Source of the DNA: Escherichia coli
GTDB lineage: Bacteria > Pseudomonadota > Gammaproteobacteria > Enterobacterales > Enterobacteriaceae
Assembly: GCF_030013595.1 (NCBI RefSeq)
Contig: NZ_CP122770.1
Direction: 5' to 3' (one strand)
DNA length: 64,000 nucleotides
The notes below the pieces were generated by a model that was not told the DNA's origin, made no database searches, and saw nothing but the letters and a program-made list of their open reading frames with translations. Below are positions 27,737-39,417 of this stretch, piece by piece; the first letter of the stretch is position 1, and each line of letters starts with the position of its first letter. The translations under genes were made by a program, and so were the position numbers.

Positions 27737-29290
27737 ATGGACAAATATAATTTGAAGGATGCTCTCCTTTTTATATCCCGGGGAGACACCCATGAAATTC
27801 TCATCGAAACAAATCAGCGAACAAGACCTGACGTACAGAGTAATCTCCAGGAACTGCTAAACTTATACCCTGACATCATCCCAAAAGTAGTCTCGCTGTC
27901 TGAGTTACAGGAAGCCGGTCAGGATGATGAAAATAAAGGTCCGAAAGAACGGATTATTCATCTGAAAGATCTTGCAGATGTCAGTGAAAGTGAGAAGAAA
28001 GTTCTCTCCTATTTTGAAACGGCCAGAAAACTTGGTGCTTCAGATATTCATTTTTTAATTTCAGAGTCTATTTTCAAAGTTCGCATGAGAATATTCGGTG
28101 AACTACAAACTGTAGATGAAGATCAACCTGCGTTGGGTTATTCACTTTGCGCAACAGCCATTCTGTCAATGGCTGATGTGACTGAAACCAGTTTCTTCCC
28201 TCAAAGGGAACAGGATGCGCGCCTGTCCCCACAATTAATGCGAAAAATAGGAATATTTGGTGCACGATACAGTCACAGACCTACGGGAGATGGTCTGATT
28301 GCAGTTATGCGCCTGATACCCGATGACGGAGACAAAGTTCCCACGTTTAAGCAACTGGGCTTTATACCGGAGCAAATCCGGTTGCTGAACGTCATGCTGC
28401 GCCGCCCGGAAGGGAAAATAGTTCTGTCTGGTCCAACAGGTTCAGGTAAATCAACAACGTTACGCAGTGCCTGCCGTGTATATCTTGACGATAATCAGGG
28501 GCGACACCTGCTGACGATCGAAGATCCGCTGGAAGGACAGATTCTGGGGGCAACACAAACCCCGATTATCTGTGACAAATCCGACGAAGAGGCCGTCAAA
28601 CTGGCATGGAGTCGTGCTATTTCATCGGCAATGCGACTTGACCCCGATGCCATCATGGAAGGGGAAATGCGCGATCTTGTCTCGATGATGTCAACAACCT
28701 ACGCGGCTCAGACCGGTCACATCGTTCTGACGACATTACATACAAACTCAGCTCTGGGTATACCGGAGCGGATGATTACGATGGGTATGAATGCCGATCT
28801 TATTTGCGATGCGCAATTACTGATTGGGATGATCAGCCAGCGTCTTGTACCAACTCTGTGTCCCTCCTGCCGTATTCCATGGGAAAAGCGAGTACCTGAA
28901 CTTAGCGAAGACGACCGCGCTTACCTTGAGCGGCACTGCAATAAAGATTCACTCTGCAGTACAGATAATATCTGGTTCCGAAATCCTCACGGATGCTCCG
29001 ACTGTAATCACGACGTAATTATTAACGGCAGAAAGCGCGGTGAAATAGGTAAAGGCCTCACCGGCAGGACCGTAATTGCTGAAGTGATAGAACCTGATAA
29101 TCGCTTATTTCAGATTCTGAAAACACGCGGCAAAGTTGCAGCACGTAAATACTGGCTTGAAAACATGCATGGCATCAGTCGTGTGGAGCATCTGCTTCGC
29201 CGTATCAATGAAGGCCTGGTGGACCCTCTTGAAGCCGACAGAATCATCCCTCTGGACGAAGACGAACGCCTCAGCATCGATGATGCCTAA
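27737..29290 (+). CDS. pilQ: PilQ, type IV pilus assembly ATPase (GspE/PilB family)
   Basis: 517-aa protein with Walker A SGPTGSGKST, Asp/His boxes and a C-terminal tetracysteine motif. Confidence 0.9.
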   Translation: MDKYNLKDALLFISRGDTHEILIETNQRTRPDVQSNLQELLNLYPDIIPKVVSLSELQEAGQDDENKGPKERIIHLKDLADVSESEKKVLSYFETARKLGASDIHFLISESIFKVRMRIFGELQTVDEDQPALGYSLCATAILSMADVTETSFFPQREQDARLSPQLMRKIGIFGARYSHRPTGDGLIAVMRLIPDDGDKVPTFKQLGFIPEQIRLLNVMLRRPEGKIVLSGPTGSGKSTTLRSACRVYLDDNQGRHLLTIEDPLEGQILGATQTPIICDKSDEEAVKLAWSRAISSAMRLDPDAIMEGEMRDLVSMMSTTYAAQTGHIVLTTLHTNSALGIPERMITMGMNADLICDAQLLIGMISQRLVPTLCPSCRIPWEKRVPELSEDDRAYLERHCNKDSLCSTDNIWFRNPHGCSDCNHDVIINGRKRGEIGKGLTGRTVIAEVIEPDNRLFQILKTRGKVAARKYWLENMHGISRVEHLLRRINEGLVDPLEADRIIPLDEDERLSIDDA

Positions 29291-29302
29291 CAGGAGAACA
29301 AC

Positions 29303-30388
29303 ATGCGTGAAATGAATTTCAGTCAACGGCTGAGACGTTTCATTGTCAGAAAAACGTTCAGCGCCCCCTACAGGGTGCAGTTTTACGAAGCTCTGCGTTT
29401 TCTGCTGGAAAATAAACAGCCATTAAAGACCGCACTGGAACAGATGCGGGATGCCTGGACAGACTTTGGACGAAAATGGCATCCCTTTGCTGAACTGGCC
29501 ACAGACTGTATTGAGTCTCTTCGTGAAAACAGTGGCGAAAACTCTCTGGAATATACTCTTGGTTTATGGGTTCCCCAGGAAGAGGCTGCAGTAATCAGTG
29601 CCGGAATAAGAAGTGGTTCCATTGTGGATGCATTACAATTTGCCACCACACTTACAGATGCCAAAAAGCAACTCCATCAGGCCATATGGCAAATGGCTAT
29701 TTACCCGGTGGGGTTGTTAATCATGATGACGGGGACATTATATGTTCTTAATACAGAGCTAATACCTGTACTGAGCAAAATAAGCTCCCCTGATTCATGG
29801 AGTGGTGCTCTTGGTTTTCTCTATGGATTATCTTTGTTTGTCGATAATTACGGCGCTATATGTGCCGTTCTTTTTGCAGTGGTCACAGGTGTAATATCAT
29901 GGTCTCTGAAAAACTGGAAAAGCCGCTCTTTGGCTGACAATATAATGCCATGGAGTATTTATAAGGATATACAGGGGGCAGCATTCCTCCTGAATATGGC
30001 TGCACTTCTGAAAGCCAAAATGACAACGCTCAACTCACTGAACGTTCTTCAGGACTTTGCATCACCATGGTTAAGCACACGCCTTGACAGCATTATTTAC
30101 CGCGTACGCCAGGGGGATCACCTTGGGCTGGCTTTGCGTCAGTGCGGTTATCAGTTCCCATCCAGGGAAGCAGCCAACTTCCTGTCTTTATTACAGGGAG
30201 ATGGCGCAACGGAGCTAATCGGCAATTATGGCCAACGGTGGCTTGTACAAACGCTGGAGCGAGTAAAAAAACGAGCAGCTGTTGTGCGTTTAATTATGCT
30301 GATATTTCTTGTCATGTCACTCCTGTTACTGGTCATGGCCGTTGTAGACATTCAGTCTATTGGCGACAACAGTATGGGTAATCTTTAA
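29303..30388 (+). CDS. pilR: PilR, inner-membrane platform protein (GspF/PilC family)
   Basis: 361-aa polytopic membrane protein following the assembly ATPase. Confidence 0.85.
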   Translation: MREMNFSQRLRRFIVRKTFSAPYRVQFYEALRFLLENKQPLKTALEQMRDAWTDFGRKWHPFAELATDCIESLRENSGENSLEYTLGLWVPQEEAAVISAGIRSGSIVDALQFATTLTDAKKQLHQAIWQMAIYPVGLLIMMTGTLYVLNTELIPVLSKISSPDSWSGALGFLYGLSLFVDNYGAICAVLFAVVTGVISWSLKNWKSRSLADNIMPWSIYKDIQGAAFLLNMAALLKAKMTTLNSLNVLQDFASPWLSTRLDSIIYRVRQGDHLGLALRQCGYQFPSREAANFLSLLQGDGATELIGNYGQRWLVQTLERVKKRAAVVRLIMLIFLVMSLLLLVMAVVDIQSIGDNSMGNL

Positions 30389-30404
30389 ATAAAACGAGGT
30401 ATTT

Positions 30405-31019
30405 ATGTTAATCCAAAATATTGATGTTAACGCTCTGAAGAAAAATGAGAAAGAAACGTCTCATGACAAAGGCTGGGGTATTATGGAACAGGGTGCAATA
30501 GCACTTGTTGTAATTATCGTACTTGCCCTTGTTTTTGGTGGATTGTATATGTTGCGTTCACGAACCGGTGTGGCAAATGAAAGTTCGAACATACAGACAA
30601 TCATCACAAGTACTCAGGGGCTGCTAAAAGGTAGCGATGGATATACGTTTACCAGTGGAGCCAAAATGACGGGTGCTCTCATTCAGATGGGTGGCGTACC
30701 CAAGACCATGACAGTGCGTGGTACTCCATCATCAGGTACAGCAACGCTCTATAACTCATGGGGCGGTGCCGTAACTGTTGCTCCGGCTTCAACATCAGGT
30801 TTCAACAATGGTTTTACCGTCACCTATGAAAAAGTCCCACAGGATGCCTGTATCCAGATTGCCACACAAATCAGTCGTACTGGTTTAACTAACGGTATTA
30901 CCCTGAACAGTACGACTCACAATGATGGAAAAGTCACTACTGAAGAAGCCAGTGCGCAATGCACAGCTGATAATGGCAGCACCGGTACAAACAAACTAAT
31001 CTTCACCATCAATGGCTAA
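30405..31019 (+). CDS. pilS: PilS, type IV prepilin (major thin-pilus subunit)
   Basis: Prepilin-like leader followed by hydrophobic helix (GWGIMEQGAIALVVIIVLALVFGG) and a C-terminal disulfide-type domain. Confidence 0.85.
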   Translation: MLIQNIDVNALKKNEKETSHDKGWGIMEQGAIALVVIIVLALVFGGLYMLRSRTGVANESSNIQTIITSTQGLLKGSDGYTFTSGAKMTGALIQMGGVPKTMTVRGTPSSGTATLYNSWGGAVTVAPASTSGFNNGFTVTYEKVPQDACIQIATQISRTGLTNGITLNSTTHNDGKVTTEEASAQCTADNGSTGTNKLIFTING

Positions 31020-31028
31020 GGAGTTTTA

Positions 31029-31589
31029 ATGTCCGGGGGTAAAGTGCCCCTCAGACTTATTTCATTAATCCTGCTTTGTTCTCTTATTTATCCCGCCCGA
31101 GCTTCATACATCGCCCCCAAACAAATCTGGACTAACAAGTGGGACAATTGCTTTGCCGCCGCCGGCGCACGCTATCAAATTGAACCATTATTGTTGAAGG
31201 CCATTTCTGCCGGGGAATCTTCATTGAAGCCGGGCGCAATTAACATAAATAAGGACAGAAAAACAGGCAAAGCCAGTAGTACGGATTATGGGTTGATGCA
31301 AATAAACTCAACCCATATTCCAAAGCTTATAAAGATGGGCGTAATCAAAAAGTCTGAGGATTTAATTACCAAACCATGTCTTAATATCCATATAGGAAGC
31401 TGGATACTGGCAAGACATTTTCAGATATGTGGCGTCAGCTGGAATTGCCTTGGATCATACAATGCCGGATTCCGTAAGGACAGACATGAAACAAGAGAGC
31501 AATATGCTAATAAAGTATGGAGAATTTATCGTGACATGAAAGGGATATGCCTTCCCGGGCAGGGAGGCAGACAATGCAGACAATCGTAG
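31029..31589 (+). CDS. pilT: PilT, lytic transglycosylase (SLT domain)
   Basis: 186-aa protein with signal peptide and SLT motifs (ES...GLMQINS...Y). Confidence 0.8.
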   Translation: MSGGKVPLRLISLILLCSLIYPARASYIAPKQIWTNKWDNCFAAAGARYQIEPLLLKAISAGESSLKPGAININKDRKTGKASSTDYGLMQINSTHIPKLIKMGVIKKSEDLITKPCLNIHIGSWILARHFQICGVSWNCLGSYNAGFRKDRHETREQYANKVWRIYRDMKGICLPGQGGRQCRQS

Positions 31590-32230
31590 GCATAAGTCTC
31601 TCCCCTGTTTATATCCTCCCATTGATGTTCATATTTTCCATTATTGGACGAACTCTGTTATTCAGAGTTCGTTATTTTTTATCTGATACAGAACATCTCT
31701 GGTATAAGACACACACTGCAGTTCTGTCAGGAATATGGCTATATAGTATAGCTGTGGCATTAATTATTTTATCGCCATCCCAACTTCTCTACCGTATTCA
31801 TGCTGTTCTTATTCTTTCGTTCATGCTGCAAATGGCAGTAACGGATGCACTAACAGGCCTCTTACCGGGTACATTCACCAGGCGTTTTTTAATCGCTGGA
31901 ATATTATCACAAATCACAACTGATATATGGTGGCTCCGTGCAACAGAAATTGTCTCTGCCGCAATTGTCTTATTCTGTCTGCATAAACTGGTTAACCGCC
32001 ATCGTCTTAATATTGGCACAGGAGACCTGTGGCTTATTGCAGGTATTACCGCATGGTCAGGGCTATATAACGCCATATGGAGTGTGTTGCTGGGCGCAGG
32101 AGGATTTGTCTTATGGCATTCAACATGGTGCATAAAAGGACATAAAGAAGGCCCACTGGGTCCATGGCTGTGTCTTGGCCATGTCCTTTTGCTACTGGAT
32201 AATCTTTATCAACCACTATGGGTAATCTGA
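31574..32230 (+). CDS. pilU: PilU, prepilin peptidase
   Basis: Polytopic membrane protein; start at ATG 31574 after GGGAGG RBS gives 218 aa; conserved position before pilV. Confidence 0.8.
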   Translation: MQTIVGISLSPVYILPLMFIFSIIGRTLLFRVRYFLSDTEHLWYKTHTAVLSGIWLYSIAVALIILSPSQLLYRIHAVLILSFMLQMAVTDALTGLLPGTFTRRFLIAGILSQITTDIWWLRATEIVSAAIVLFCLHKLVNRHRLNIGTGDLWLIAGITAWSGLYNAIWSVLLGAGGFVLWHSTWCIKGHKEGPLGPWLCLGHVLLLLDNLYQPLWVI

Positions 32231-33654
32231 TGAAAAAATATGACCGAGGCTGGGCATCGCTGGAAATTGGCGCGGCTTTATTGATTGTTATGATCATAGT
32301 TGCCTGGGGAGCAGGCATATGGCAGGACTATTTAAAAACCAAAGGTTGGCAGGCTGAAGCTCGTCTTGTCAGCAACTGGGCCAGTGCAGCCCGCTCTTAT
32401 ATAGGGAAAAACTACACAACTCTCCAGGCAAGTAGTACCACATCAACCCCTGCCGTTATCACGACAACCATGCTGAAAAATACCGGCTTTTTGTCCAGCG
32501 GCTTTATTGAGACAAACAGCGAGGGGCAGCGGTTACAGGCATATGTAGTTCGAAACGCCCAAAACCCGGAATTACTACAGGCAATGGTTGTATCCAGTGG
32601 TGGCACCCCTTATCCAGTGAAAGCACTTATCCAGATGGCTAAGGATATTACCACTGGTCTTGGTGGATATATCCAGGACGGCAAAACAGCCACAGGTGCA
32701 TTACGTTCCTGGTCAGTAGCTTTAAGTAATTATGGTGCCAAAAGCGGTAACGGGCATATTGCCGTACTGTTATCGACAGATGAACTTAGTGGTGCAGCAG
32801 AGGACACTGATCGTCTTTACAGATTCCAGGTCAATGGTCGCCCTGACTTAAACAAAATGCACACGGCCATTGATATGGGATCAAATAACCTGAATAACAT
32901 TGGGGCAGTAAATGCCCAGACTGGTAATTTCAGCGGCAATGTGAATGGTGTAAATGGCACTTTCAGCGGTCAGGTAAAAGGCAATAGCGGAAACTTTGAC
33001 GTAAATGTCACCGCTGGCGGTGATATCAGAAGTAATAATGGTTGGTTAATTACTCGTAACAGCAAAGGCTGGCTCAATGAAACTCACGGTGGCGGATTTT
33101 ATATGTCCGACGGATCATGGGTTCGAAGTGTAAACAACAAGGGCATCTATACCGGCGGTCAGGTGAAAGGCGGTACTGTTCGGGCTGATGGTCGCCTTTA
33201 TACTGGTGAATACTTACAACTGGAAAGAACTGCCGTTGCTGGCGCATCATGTTCGCCTAACGGCCTTGTAGGCCGCGATAATACAGGGGCAATACTTTCG
33301 TGCCAATCCGGTACGTGGAAGACTTCTGGTTCGCTCAATGGTTCTTACACAAACTTAGGTTCACATAGAGGTTCATTCTCAGGGCGGAATTCAGGGGGCA
33401 GTACATTGTTTATTTATGCATCTGGAGGTAATGGAGGATCTGCCGGAGGTGCATGTGCAAATACATCCCGACTGCAGGGATATGTTGGTGGGACGCTAAT
33501 TAGCGTGAATGCCAGTAATAACCCTGCATATGGAAAAACAGCCTTTATCAGCTTTGCTGTACCTGCAGGTACTTCCTATCAGATAACATCCTATCCAACA
33601 GAAAATACATCATGTGGTGCCGGGGTATTTTCAGTATTTGGATATCAAACTTAA
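32218..33654 (+). CDS. pilV: PilV, shufflon-variable thin-pilus tip adhesin (current C-terminal segment)
   Basis: Prepilin-like N-terminus; constant region ends at the first sfx repeat (33300-33318, encoding CQSGTW), followed by the variable C-terminus. Confidence 0.9.
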   Translation: MGNLMKKYDRGWASLEIGAALLIVMIIVAWGAGIWQDYLKTKGWQAEARLVSNWASAARSYIGKNYTTLQASSTTSTPAVITTTMLKNTGFLSSGFIETNSEGQRLQAYVVRNAQNPELLQAMVVSSGGTPYPVKALIQMAKDITTGLGGYIQDGKTATGALRSWSVALSNYGAKSGNGHIAVLLSTDELSGAAEDTDRLYRFQVNGRPDLNKMHTAIDMGSNNLNNIGAVNAQTGNFSGNVNGVNGTFSGQVKGNSGNFDVNVTAGGDIRSNNGWLITRNSKGWLNETHGGGFYMSDGSWVRSVNNKGIYTGGQVKGGTVRADGRLYTGEYLQLERTAVAGASCSPNGLVGRDNTGAILSCQSGTWKTSGSLNGSYTNLGSHRGSFSGRNSGGSTLFIYASGGNGGSAGGACANTSRLQGYVGGTLISVNASNNPAYGKTAFISFAVPAGTSYQITSYPTENTSCGAGVFSVFGYQT

Positions 33655-35236
33655 TTGAGCGTTACACACGACGCAATACAACCTGTCTTATGCTCGTATT
33701 TGTACCATTTGCGTGAACCTGCTGGGCTCTCAACTACCTGGCAGTAGTGGGCATCCTCTGCGTTGCCCACTCTGGCAATGGCACAGAAGTCGAATTGCCC
33801 CAGATAACCTGTGGTGGAAAGCTGAGTAACTTTGAGTTTTCCACCTATTGTCCCCACGTACCGGATTGGCACGTAGGCCAGTGCCAATCCGGTCGGTGGT
33901 CAGGGGGTAATAAAATTAATTACTCAGCATGTAATTGGTACAAATCATCCGTAGCAATGAATCACTTTATCGGCGGTAAGAGTGGTGGTTCGATCTATTA
34001 CAAGCCGATTCAATGTCCGACTGGATACATTATGACTGGAACACGCATGTACGGTATTGGTGATGGTGTTGATGAGGAACATGTCGATGCCTACTGTTGC
34101 CCCTTTAATTAAGCTCCAGCACCAGGAAGATTGAGGCATGTGACTGATATGGTCCCACCAGACTCATAATTTCCCCAAGCATAATTACTCACATACCAAA
34201 CGTTGTTTTGGTCGGAATATACCTGTTGAAAACCACCAAAGGGTGAGCCATTCAGGTAAGTCCATGAGCAATATGCATGGACCCCGAGCCTTAAATTACG
34301 AGTGTTTTTAGCTATGTTGTAGGTCTGCGTTGTGAATTGAATTTTAGGAGCGCCCCAGGTACCGGATTGGCACGTAGGCCAGCAGCGCCAGCAATTTAAT
34401 CTCAGTTCTGACACGCGACGACATAACTACATTTTCCGGTTAAATCAGCTCTAAATGTCCCTTTATGGAAATTGTATTCATCATAAAAACCACATTTAAC
34501 AATTCGATTTGCATCATAAGTTGCAACTGATCCTGCAAAGTAATTCGGCTTCCAACCTTGAGGGTTTTCTGCATTGCTCACACTCCATGAGCACTGACTG
34601 GCAGAAAACCCTGTTGGCAGCGGTATTTGCTGACCATTTGCTATACGACCAGTTATCACCGTACTACCAGAATTGCTTTTACGCCAAGTACCGGATTGGC
34701 ACTGGCCTACGTGCCAATCCGGTACCTGGAGAAAGGTAGGATCTGGTGAGCTTCAAATTGCTACAGCACAGGCCACAGGTTGGCGCTTTCCTGGAGCAAC
34801 AGCTACCTGTCCAACTGGAAAACGTGTTACAGGTGGCGGCGGAATATGCACCTCACGAACTGGTTACATATGGCTTACCAGGTCATTCCCATCAGCCAAT
34901 AACTCATGGTCGGCTGCGTGCGATACAACCGAAGATCAGAATGGTTCAATAACTGTATATGCCATTTGCCAATAAGCTATTTCAAGCAAGTAATCTTCAT
35001 AAAGTAGGACGAATACTGTGTGTAGTTTTTGGCTTGCCAAGTCATCTCGCCGTTAGAGTCAGGCATGTCAATAGGAACGACTTCTGTTTCTGCCATTTCA
35101 CGCCCGTCAATACGATAGGTGTTAATACACAGTTTAAACCTCCCTAAGACCTGTGTGTTTTTGGGATATAACGTAAATGTTTTTATATTCGTCCATATCG
35201 ACGCTGATGATGATTTCCAGGTACCGGATTGGCACG
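33300..35236. other. Shufflon: multiple-inversion region with seven 19-bp sfx repeats carrying alternative pilV 3' segments
   Basis: 19-bp repeats GTGCCAATCCGGTNNNTGG at 33300(+), 33854(-), 33880(+), 34356(-), 34684(-), 34711(+), 35218(-); every ORF in the region begins in-frame at a repeat (CQSG(T/R)W...) and so represents an alternative PilV C-terminus. Confidence 0.9.
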
Positions 35237-35286
35237 CTTGCAGAGAATGATTGTTGGCATTATTTTTTGCCTCTTTTGAGGTTAGC

Positions 35287-36441
35287 ATGCCGTCTCCACG
35301 CATCCGTAAAATGTCCCTGTCACGCGCACTGGATAAGTACCTGAAAACAGTTTCTGTTCACAAGAAAGGGCATCAACAGGAGTTTTACCGGAGCAATGTT
35401 ATCAAGCGATATCCCATTGCCCTTCGGAATATGGACGAAATAACAACCGTTGATATTGCTACATACAGAGACGTTCGTTTAGCAGAAATCAACCCCCGAA
35501 CGGGTAAACCCATTACAGGTAATACTGTACGTCTTGAACTCGCCCTTCTGTCATCTCTGTTCAATATTGCTCGTGTTGAATGGGGAACCTGTCGTACTAA
35601 CCCGGTTGAACTGGTTCGCAAGCCGAAAGTATCCTCCGGACGAGATCGCCGGCTAACGTCTTCAGAAGAACGTCGCCTTTCTCGCTATTTCCGCGAAAAA
35701 AATCTGATGTTGTATGTCATTTTCCATCTTGCCCTTGAGACAGCCATGCGGCAGGGCGAAATACTGGCCTTACGTTGGGAGCACATTGATTTGCGCCACG
35801 GTGTGGCTCATTTACCTGAAACCAAAAACGGTCACTCACGGGATGTTCCTCTGTCCAGACGTGCCCGTAACTTTCTTCAGATGATGCCCGTTAATCTCCA
35901 CGGCAATGTTTTTGATTACACCGCATCCGGCTTTAAAAATGCCTGGAGAATAGCCACACAACGACTTCGCATCGAGGACCTGCATTTTCACGATCTACGG
36001 CATGAAGCAATAAGCCGCTTCTTCGAACTGGGTAGCCTGAATGTAATGGAGATTGCTGCAATATCAGGACATCGTTCCATGAATATGCTGAAACGGTATA
36101 CTCATCTTCGTGCATGGCAACTGGTCAGTAAACTTGATGCCCGCCGGCGGCAGACACAAAAAGTGGCAGCATGGTTTGTGCCGTATCCTGCCCATATCAC
36201 GACCATCAATGAAGAAAATGGGCAGAAAGCGCATCGTATTGAGATCGGTGATTTTGATAACCTTCACGTCACTGCCACAACGAAAGAGGAAGCAGTTCAC
36301 CGCGCCAGTGAGGTTTTGTTGCGTACACTGGCCATTGCAGCACAGAAAGGCGAACGTGTCCCATCTCCCGGAGCGTTACCTGTTAACGACCCTGACTACA
36401 TTATGATTTGCCCTCTGAACCCGGGCAGCACCCCGCTGTAA
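35287..36441 (+). CDS. rci: Rci, shufflon-specific tyrosine recombinase
   Basis: Tyrosine recombinase catalytic residues (R..HDLRHE..H..Y); start MPSPRIRK gives 384 aa; directly adjacent to the shufflon. Confidence 0.9.
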
Positions 36442-36591
36442 ACATCATTCAAAACACATACAGAAAGGCGAGTTGCAACAACTCGCCAAACACATTCGAT
36501 CTGCATGATCGAAATTATTCGTTTCACCAGAAAAAACACCGAAGATACAATAACCACATGAGCTGAAAAGACTTTTTCAGTCGGAGGAACA

Positions 36592-37416
36592 ATGAGACTG
36601 AATACGACCGGTATTGCGGCCCGAATGATGCTCTCGCTGGACAAAAAAGCAATCGGCGAAAAACTCATCAACGGTCGTCAGATAAACCCGACACCTCTGC
36701 AGGTCCGTTACCCCCAAGGGGTAAGAGAAGTTCTGGGGATAATGAGCGAACAATTAGCCATATCCACCGCTGATTTAACCCGAATCCTGCTTGAGGATGC
36801 TCTTCATAATATGTTTATGCCTGCGGATAACACCACAGGGAACATAATAAGCAGAATTGAATACATCATGCTGTCGCATGATATAAATGCGCCATTACTG
36901 GCAACATTGCTGTCGCCATGGAATATCCGCTCCACGGTTATACAGGACCCGGCCAGACTTGCAGACTATCTTTCAGCTGACGCTCTCGAACATCTTGCTG
37001 AATGTTTTAATCTCAATCCGGACTGGCTGAATGGCCATGAAAACTATCCGATAGCGTTGTCCGGTGAATGGCCAGATACTGCTGATAATTTCAGAATGCT
37101 TATTAATGATAGCAGCAACACTGAAGTTATTTTCTGGCATAGTTTCCCCTTCGCAGGAAACACGAAAAGAGAATATTACGGGGTAATATTGAGACAGAAA
37201 AAAGAAATAAATGGTTCTGTAATATATCCGGCACTATCATTATCACCAACAATTCTGAACGATGAAAAAAGAAAATGGTTAACTGAATATACAACCAGGC
37301 AGAATACAACAATGTCTTTGCGACGCGTCACGTTGAGACCTGGCCTTGCCGGGAACCTTATTACAGGGCAAATACTACCTGTTAGCTTATTTAATACGTC
37401 TTTATTACCCTGGTAA
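36592..37416 (+). CDS. traE: TraE, transfer protein of unknown function
   Basis: 274-aa ORF, first gene after rci; name by synteny. Confidence 0.65.
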   Translation: MRLNTTGIAARMMLSLDKKAIGEKLINGRQINPTPLQVRYPQGVREVLGIMSEQLAISTADLTRILLEDALHNMFMPADNTTGNIISRIEYIMLSHDINAPLLATLLSPWNIRSTVIQDPARLADYLSADALEHLAECFNLNPDWLNGHENYPIALSGEWPDTADNFRMLINDSSNTEVIFWHSFPFAGNTKREYYGVILRQKKEINGSVIYPALSLSPTILNDEKRKWLTEYTTRQNTTMSLRRVTLRPGLAGNLITGQILPVSLFNTSLLPW

Positions 37417-37501
37417 ATACCAGATAGTACCAAAGTAAAAAATTACGGCACATCCGTGTCATAGCGTTGTTTTGTCTAAATTCTGATAAACAGGAAATTA
37501 A

Positions 37502-38704
37502 ATGATGAAGAAAAATCATATTACCCGCACCATCATTGCATCTGCTGTATTATTTTCCTTTAACGCTGCAGCAGCGACGTCATATTTTGAAGCACGTAAC
37601 GATGCAATGGGGGGCACCGGGGTAGCATCTTCCCATTATGGTGTGGCACCTCTGGCAAACCCGGCTTTACTGACAAAGCACAACAGCAATGATGATTTCA
37701 GCCTTCTTCTGCCGTCTGTTGGGGCACAAGTTGCTGATCCTGATGATGTATCAAATAAAGCTGATGATGTTAAAGATGACTGGGATTTGTTTGATAGTGC
37801 TGTTGATAACCAGCATGGCGTACAACAGGCAGCAGCAAATCTTAAACATCGTCTGCAGGAATTCCGCAATATCAATGCAGATGCTCAGGTAGGTGTATCA
37901 GCTGTAGCAGCCATGGCAAATGACACTCTGCCGTTTGCCCTTATGGTCAAGTCTTACGGAACTGTCAGCGTAAACGGAAAAGTAAACGATGCAGACCTGG
38001 ATTATCTGGACAAAGTTGCCAATGGAACAATTACCGACGTCGATAAGAATGCCCTGACCTCACGCGCATTCGGGCGTGCAGCTGTAATTACCGACGTCGG
38101 AATTTCATTTGCCAAAGAACTGGAAACGGCCGGACAAAAATGGTCTCTTGGCGTCACACCAAAATATCAGCGTGTGGACCTGTTTAACTACAACGTAACG
38201 GTTCGTGATTACGACAAAGACGATTTTGACGGTGACAAGTACCACAACACGAAAAACGGATTCAACGCCGATATTGGTGCTTATACAGACCTGAATGACA
38301 ACTGGACTGTCGGTCTTGTTGCCCAGAACATCATTCCACGCAGTATTGATACTAAAGTCGTCAATGGCTTTAAAGAAACCTTCAAAGTTCGTCCACAGGC
38401 AACCGCCGGTGTATCCTGGCATAATGACCTGTTTACCACTGCTCTTGACGTTGATCTGACTCCTGCCAGTGGCTTCACTTCTGACAGCAAACGTCAGTTT
38501 GCAAGTGTTGGTGCTGAATTTAACGCATGGAAATGGGCGCAATTGCGTGCCGGTTATCGTCAGAACATGGCATCAAACTCTGGAAGCGCCTTCACCGCTG
38601 GCGTTGGTATCTCTCCATTTGACGTCGTACATATCGATGTTTCCGGCCTGGTAGGAACTGACCACGATTACGGTGCAATGGCACAACTTCAGTTCACTTT
38701 CTGA
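37502..38704 (+). CDS. traF: TraF, putative outer-membrane beta-barrel protein
   Basis: 400-aa protein with signal peptide (..FSFNAAAATS) and C-terminal ..QLQFTF ending in aromatic residue. Confidence 0.7.
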   Translation: MMKKNHITRTIIASAVLFSFNAAAATSYFEARNDAMGGTGVASSHYGVAPLANPALLTKHNSNDDFSLLLPSVGAQVADPDDVSNKADDVKDDWDLFDSAVDNQHGVQQAAANLKHRLQEFRNINADAQVGVSAVAAMANDTLPFALMVKSYGTVSVNGKVNDADLDYLDKVANGTITDVDKNALTSRAFGRAAVITDVGISFAKELETAGQKWSLGVTPKYQRVDLFNYNVTVRDYDKDDFDGDKYHNTKNGFNADIGAYTDLNDNWTVGLVAQNIIPRSIDTKVVNGFKETFKVRPQATAGVSWHNDLFTTALDVDLTPASGFTSDSKRQFASVGAEFNAWKWAQLRAGYRQNMASNSGSAFTAGVGISPFDVVHIDVSGLVGTDHDYGAMAQLQFTF

Positions 38705-38763
38705 TTACTGTCCCCGCCCCCGGCACTAAACCCGGGGGTATTTTTATATTCAGTTTAAATAAC

Positions 38764-39348
38764 ATGATGAAACCACGTTCTTCTTATTCAAAAACAGCAT
38801 TCATTCTTTTATTTTCTGTTTTCCTGGTAGCGGCAGTGACAAAAGCAAAAAGCTCGCTTCCCGATATCACCCTGGAACAGGCAAAAGAAATTAATGCTGA
38901 TAACACCGTTATTTTCCTTTTCCGCCATGGAGAACGTTGCGACCGTTCAGATATGCCATGCTATTCGGATAAAAGCGGAATCACTATTACCGGTACAGAG
39001 AAAGCACAGCAGGAAGGTATTAAGTTCGCAACAATCTTCAGTGAATATGATATTTACTCCAGCAATGCGGTAAGAACCATACAAACTGCAAAATTCTTCT
39101 CCGGTAAAGAACCCGTCGTTATGGACAGTTTATCAGACTGCAATAATGATCTTTATAAGACGCTTGAATCAATCGCAAGAGAATCTCATAAAAGGAACAT
39201 AGTAATAATGACACATAATCATTGTTTATCATTTCTGGCCAGAGATAGGCTCGGCAAGAAATTCAAACCGGCGTACCTTGATGCCCTGATCATGCATTAC
39301 GATGGTACCCGACTCATACTTGACGGAAAATACAACAAAGAGGCATAG
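38764..39348 (+). CDS. traG: TraG, exported protein with a histidine-phosphatase-like RHGE motif
   Basis: Signal peptide then IFLFRHGERCDRSD (RHG catalytic signature of the histidine phosphatase superfamily); name by synteny. Confidence 0.6.
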   Translation: MMKPRSSYSKTAFILLFSVFLVAAVTKAKSSLPDITLEQAKEINADNTVIFLFRHGERCDRSDMPCYSDKSGITITGTEKAQQEGIKFATIFSEYDIYSSNAVRTIQTAKFFSGKEPVVMDSLSDCNNDLYKTLESIARESHKRNIVIMTHNHCLSFLARDRLGKKFKPAYLDALIMHYDGTRLILDGKYNKEA

Positions 39349-39417
39349 AGGATATTTGAATTTACATAAATTCTGATATACTCAGTAAGATACAAGAGTG
39401 TACGGGCACATGTGCCT

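Noticed and set aside
22799-33654. Possibility that this is a chromosomal island (SPI-7-like pil cluster) rather than a plasmid
   Set aside because: The pil operon is flanked by an IncI1-type replicon (repY/repZ/Inc RNA), partition loci, a full Dot/Icm-like tra set, sog primase, excA and pnd, which together indicate a conjugative plasmid backbone.
33300-35236. Regularly recurring 19-bp repeats that could be mistaken for a CRISPR array
   Set aside because: Repeats occur in both orientations with long, unequal coding spacers and an adjacent rci recombinase: a shufflon, not CRISPR.
33651-35303. Six ORFs of 78-121 aa on both strands between pilV and rci
   Set aside because: Not independent genes: each starts in frame at an sfx repeat and is an alternative PilV C-terminal segment.
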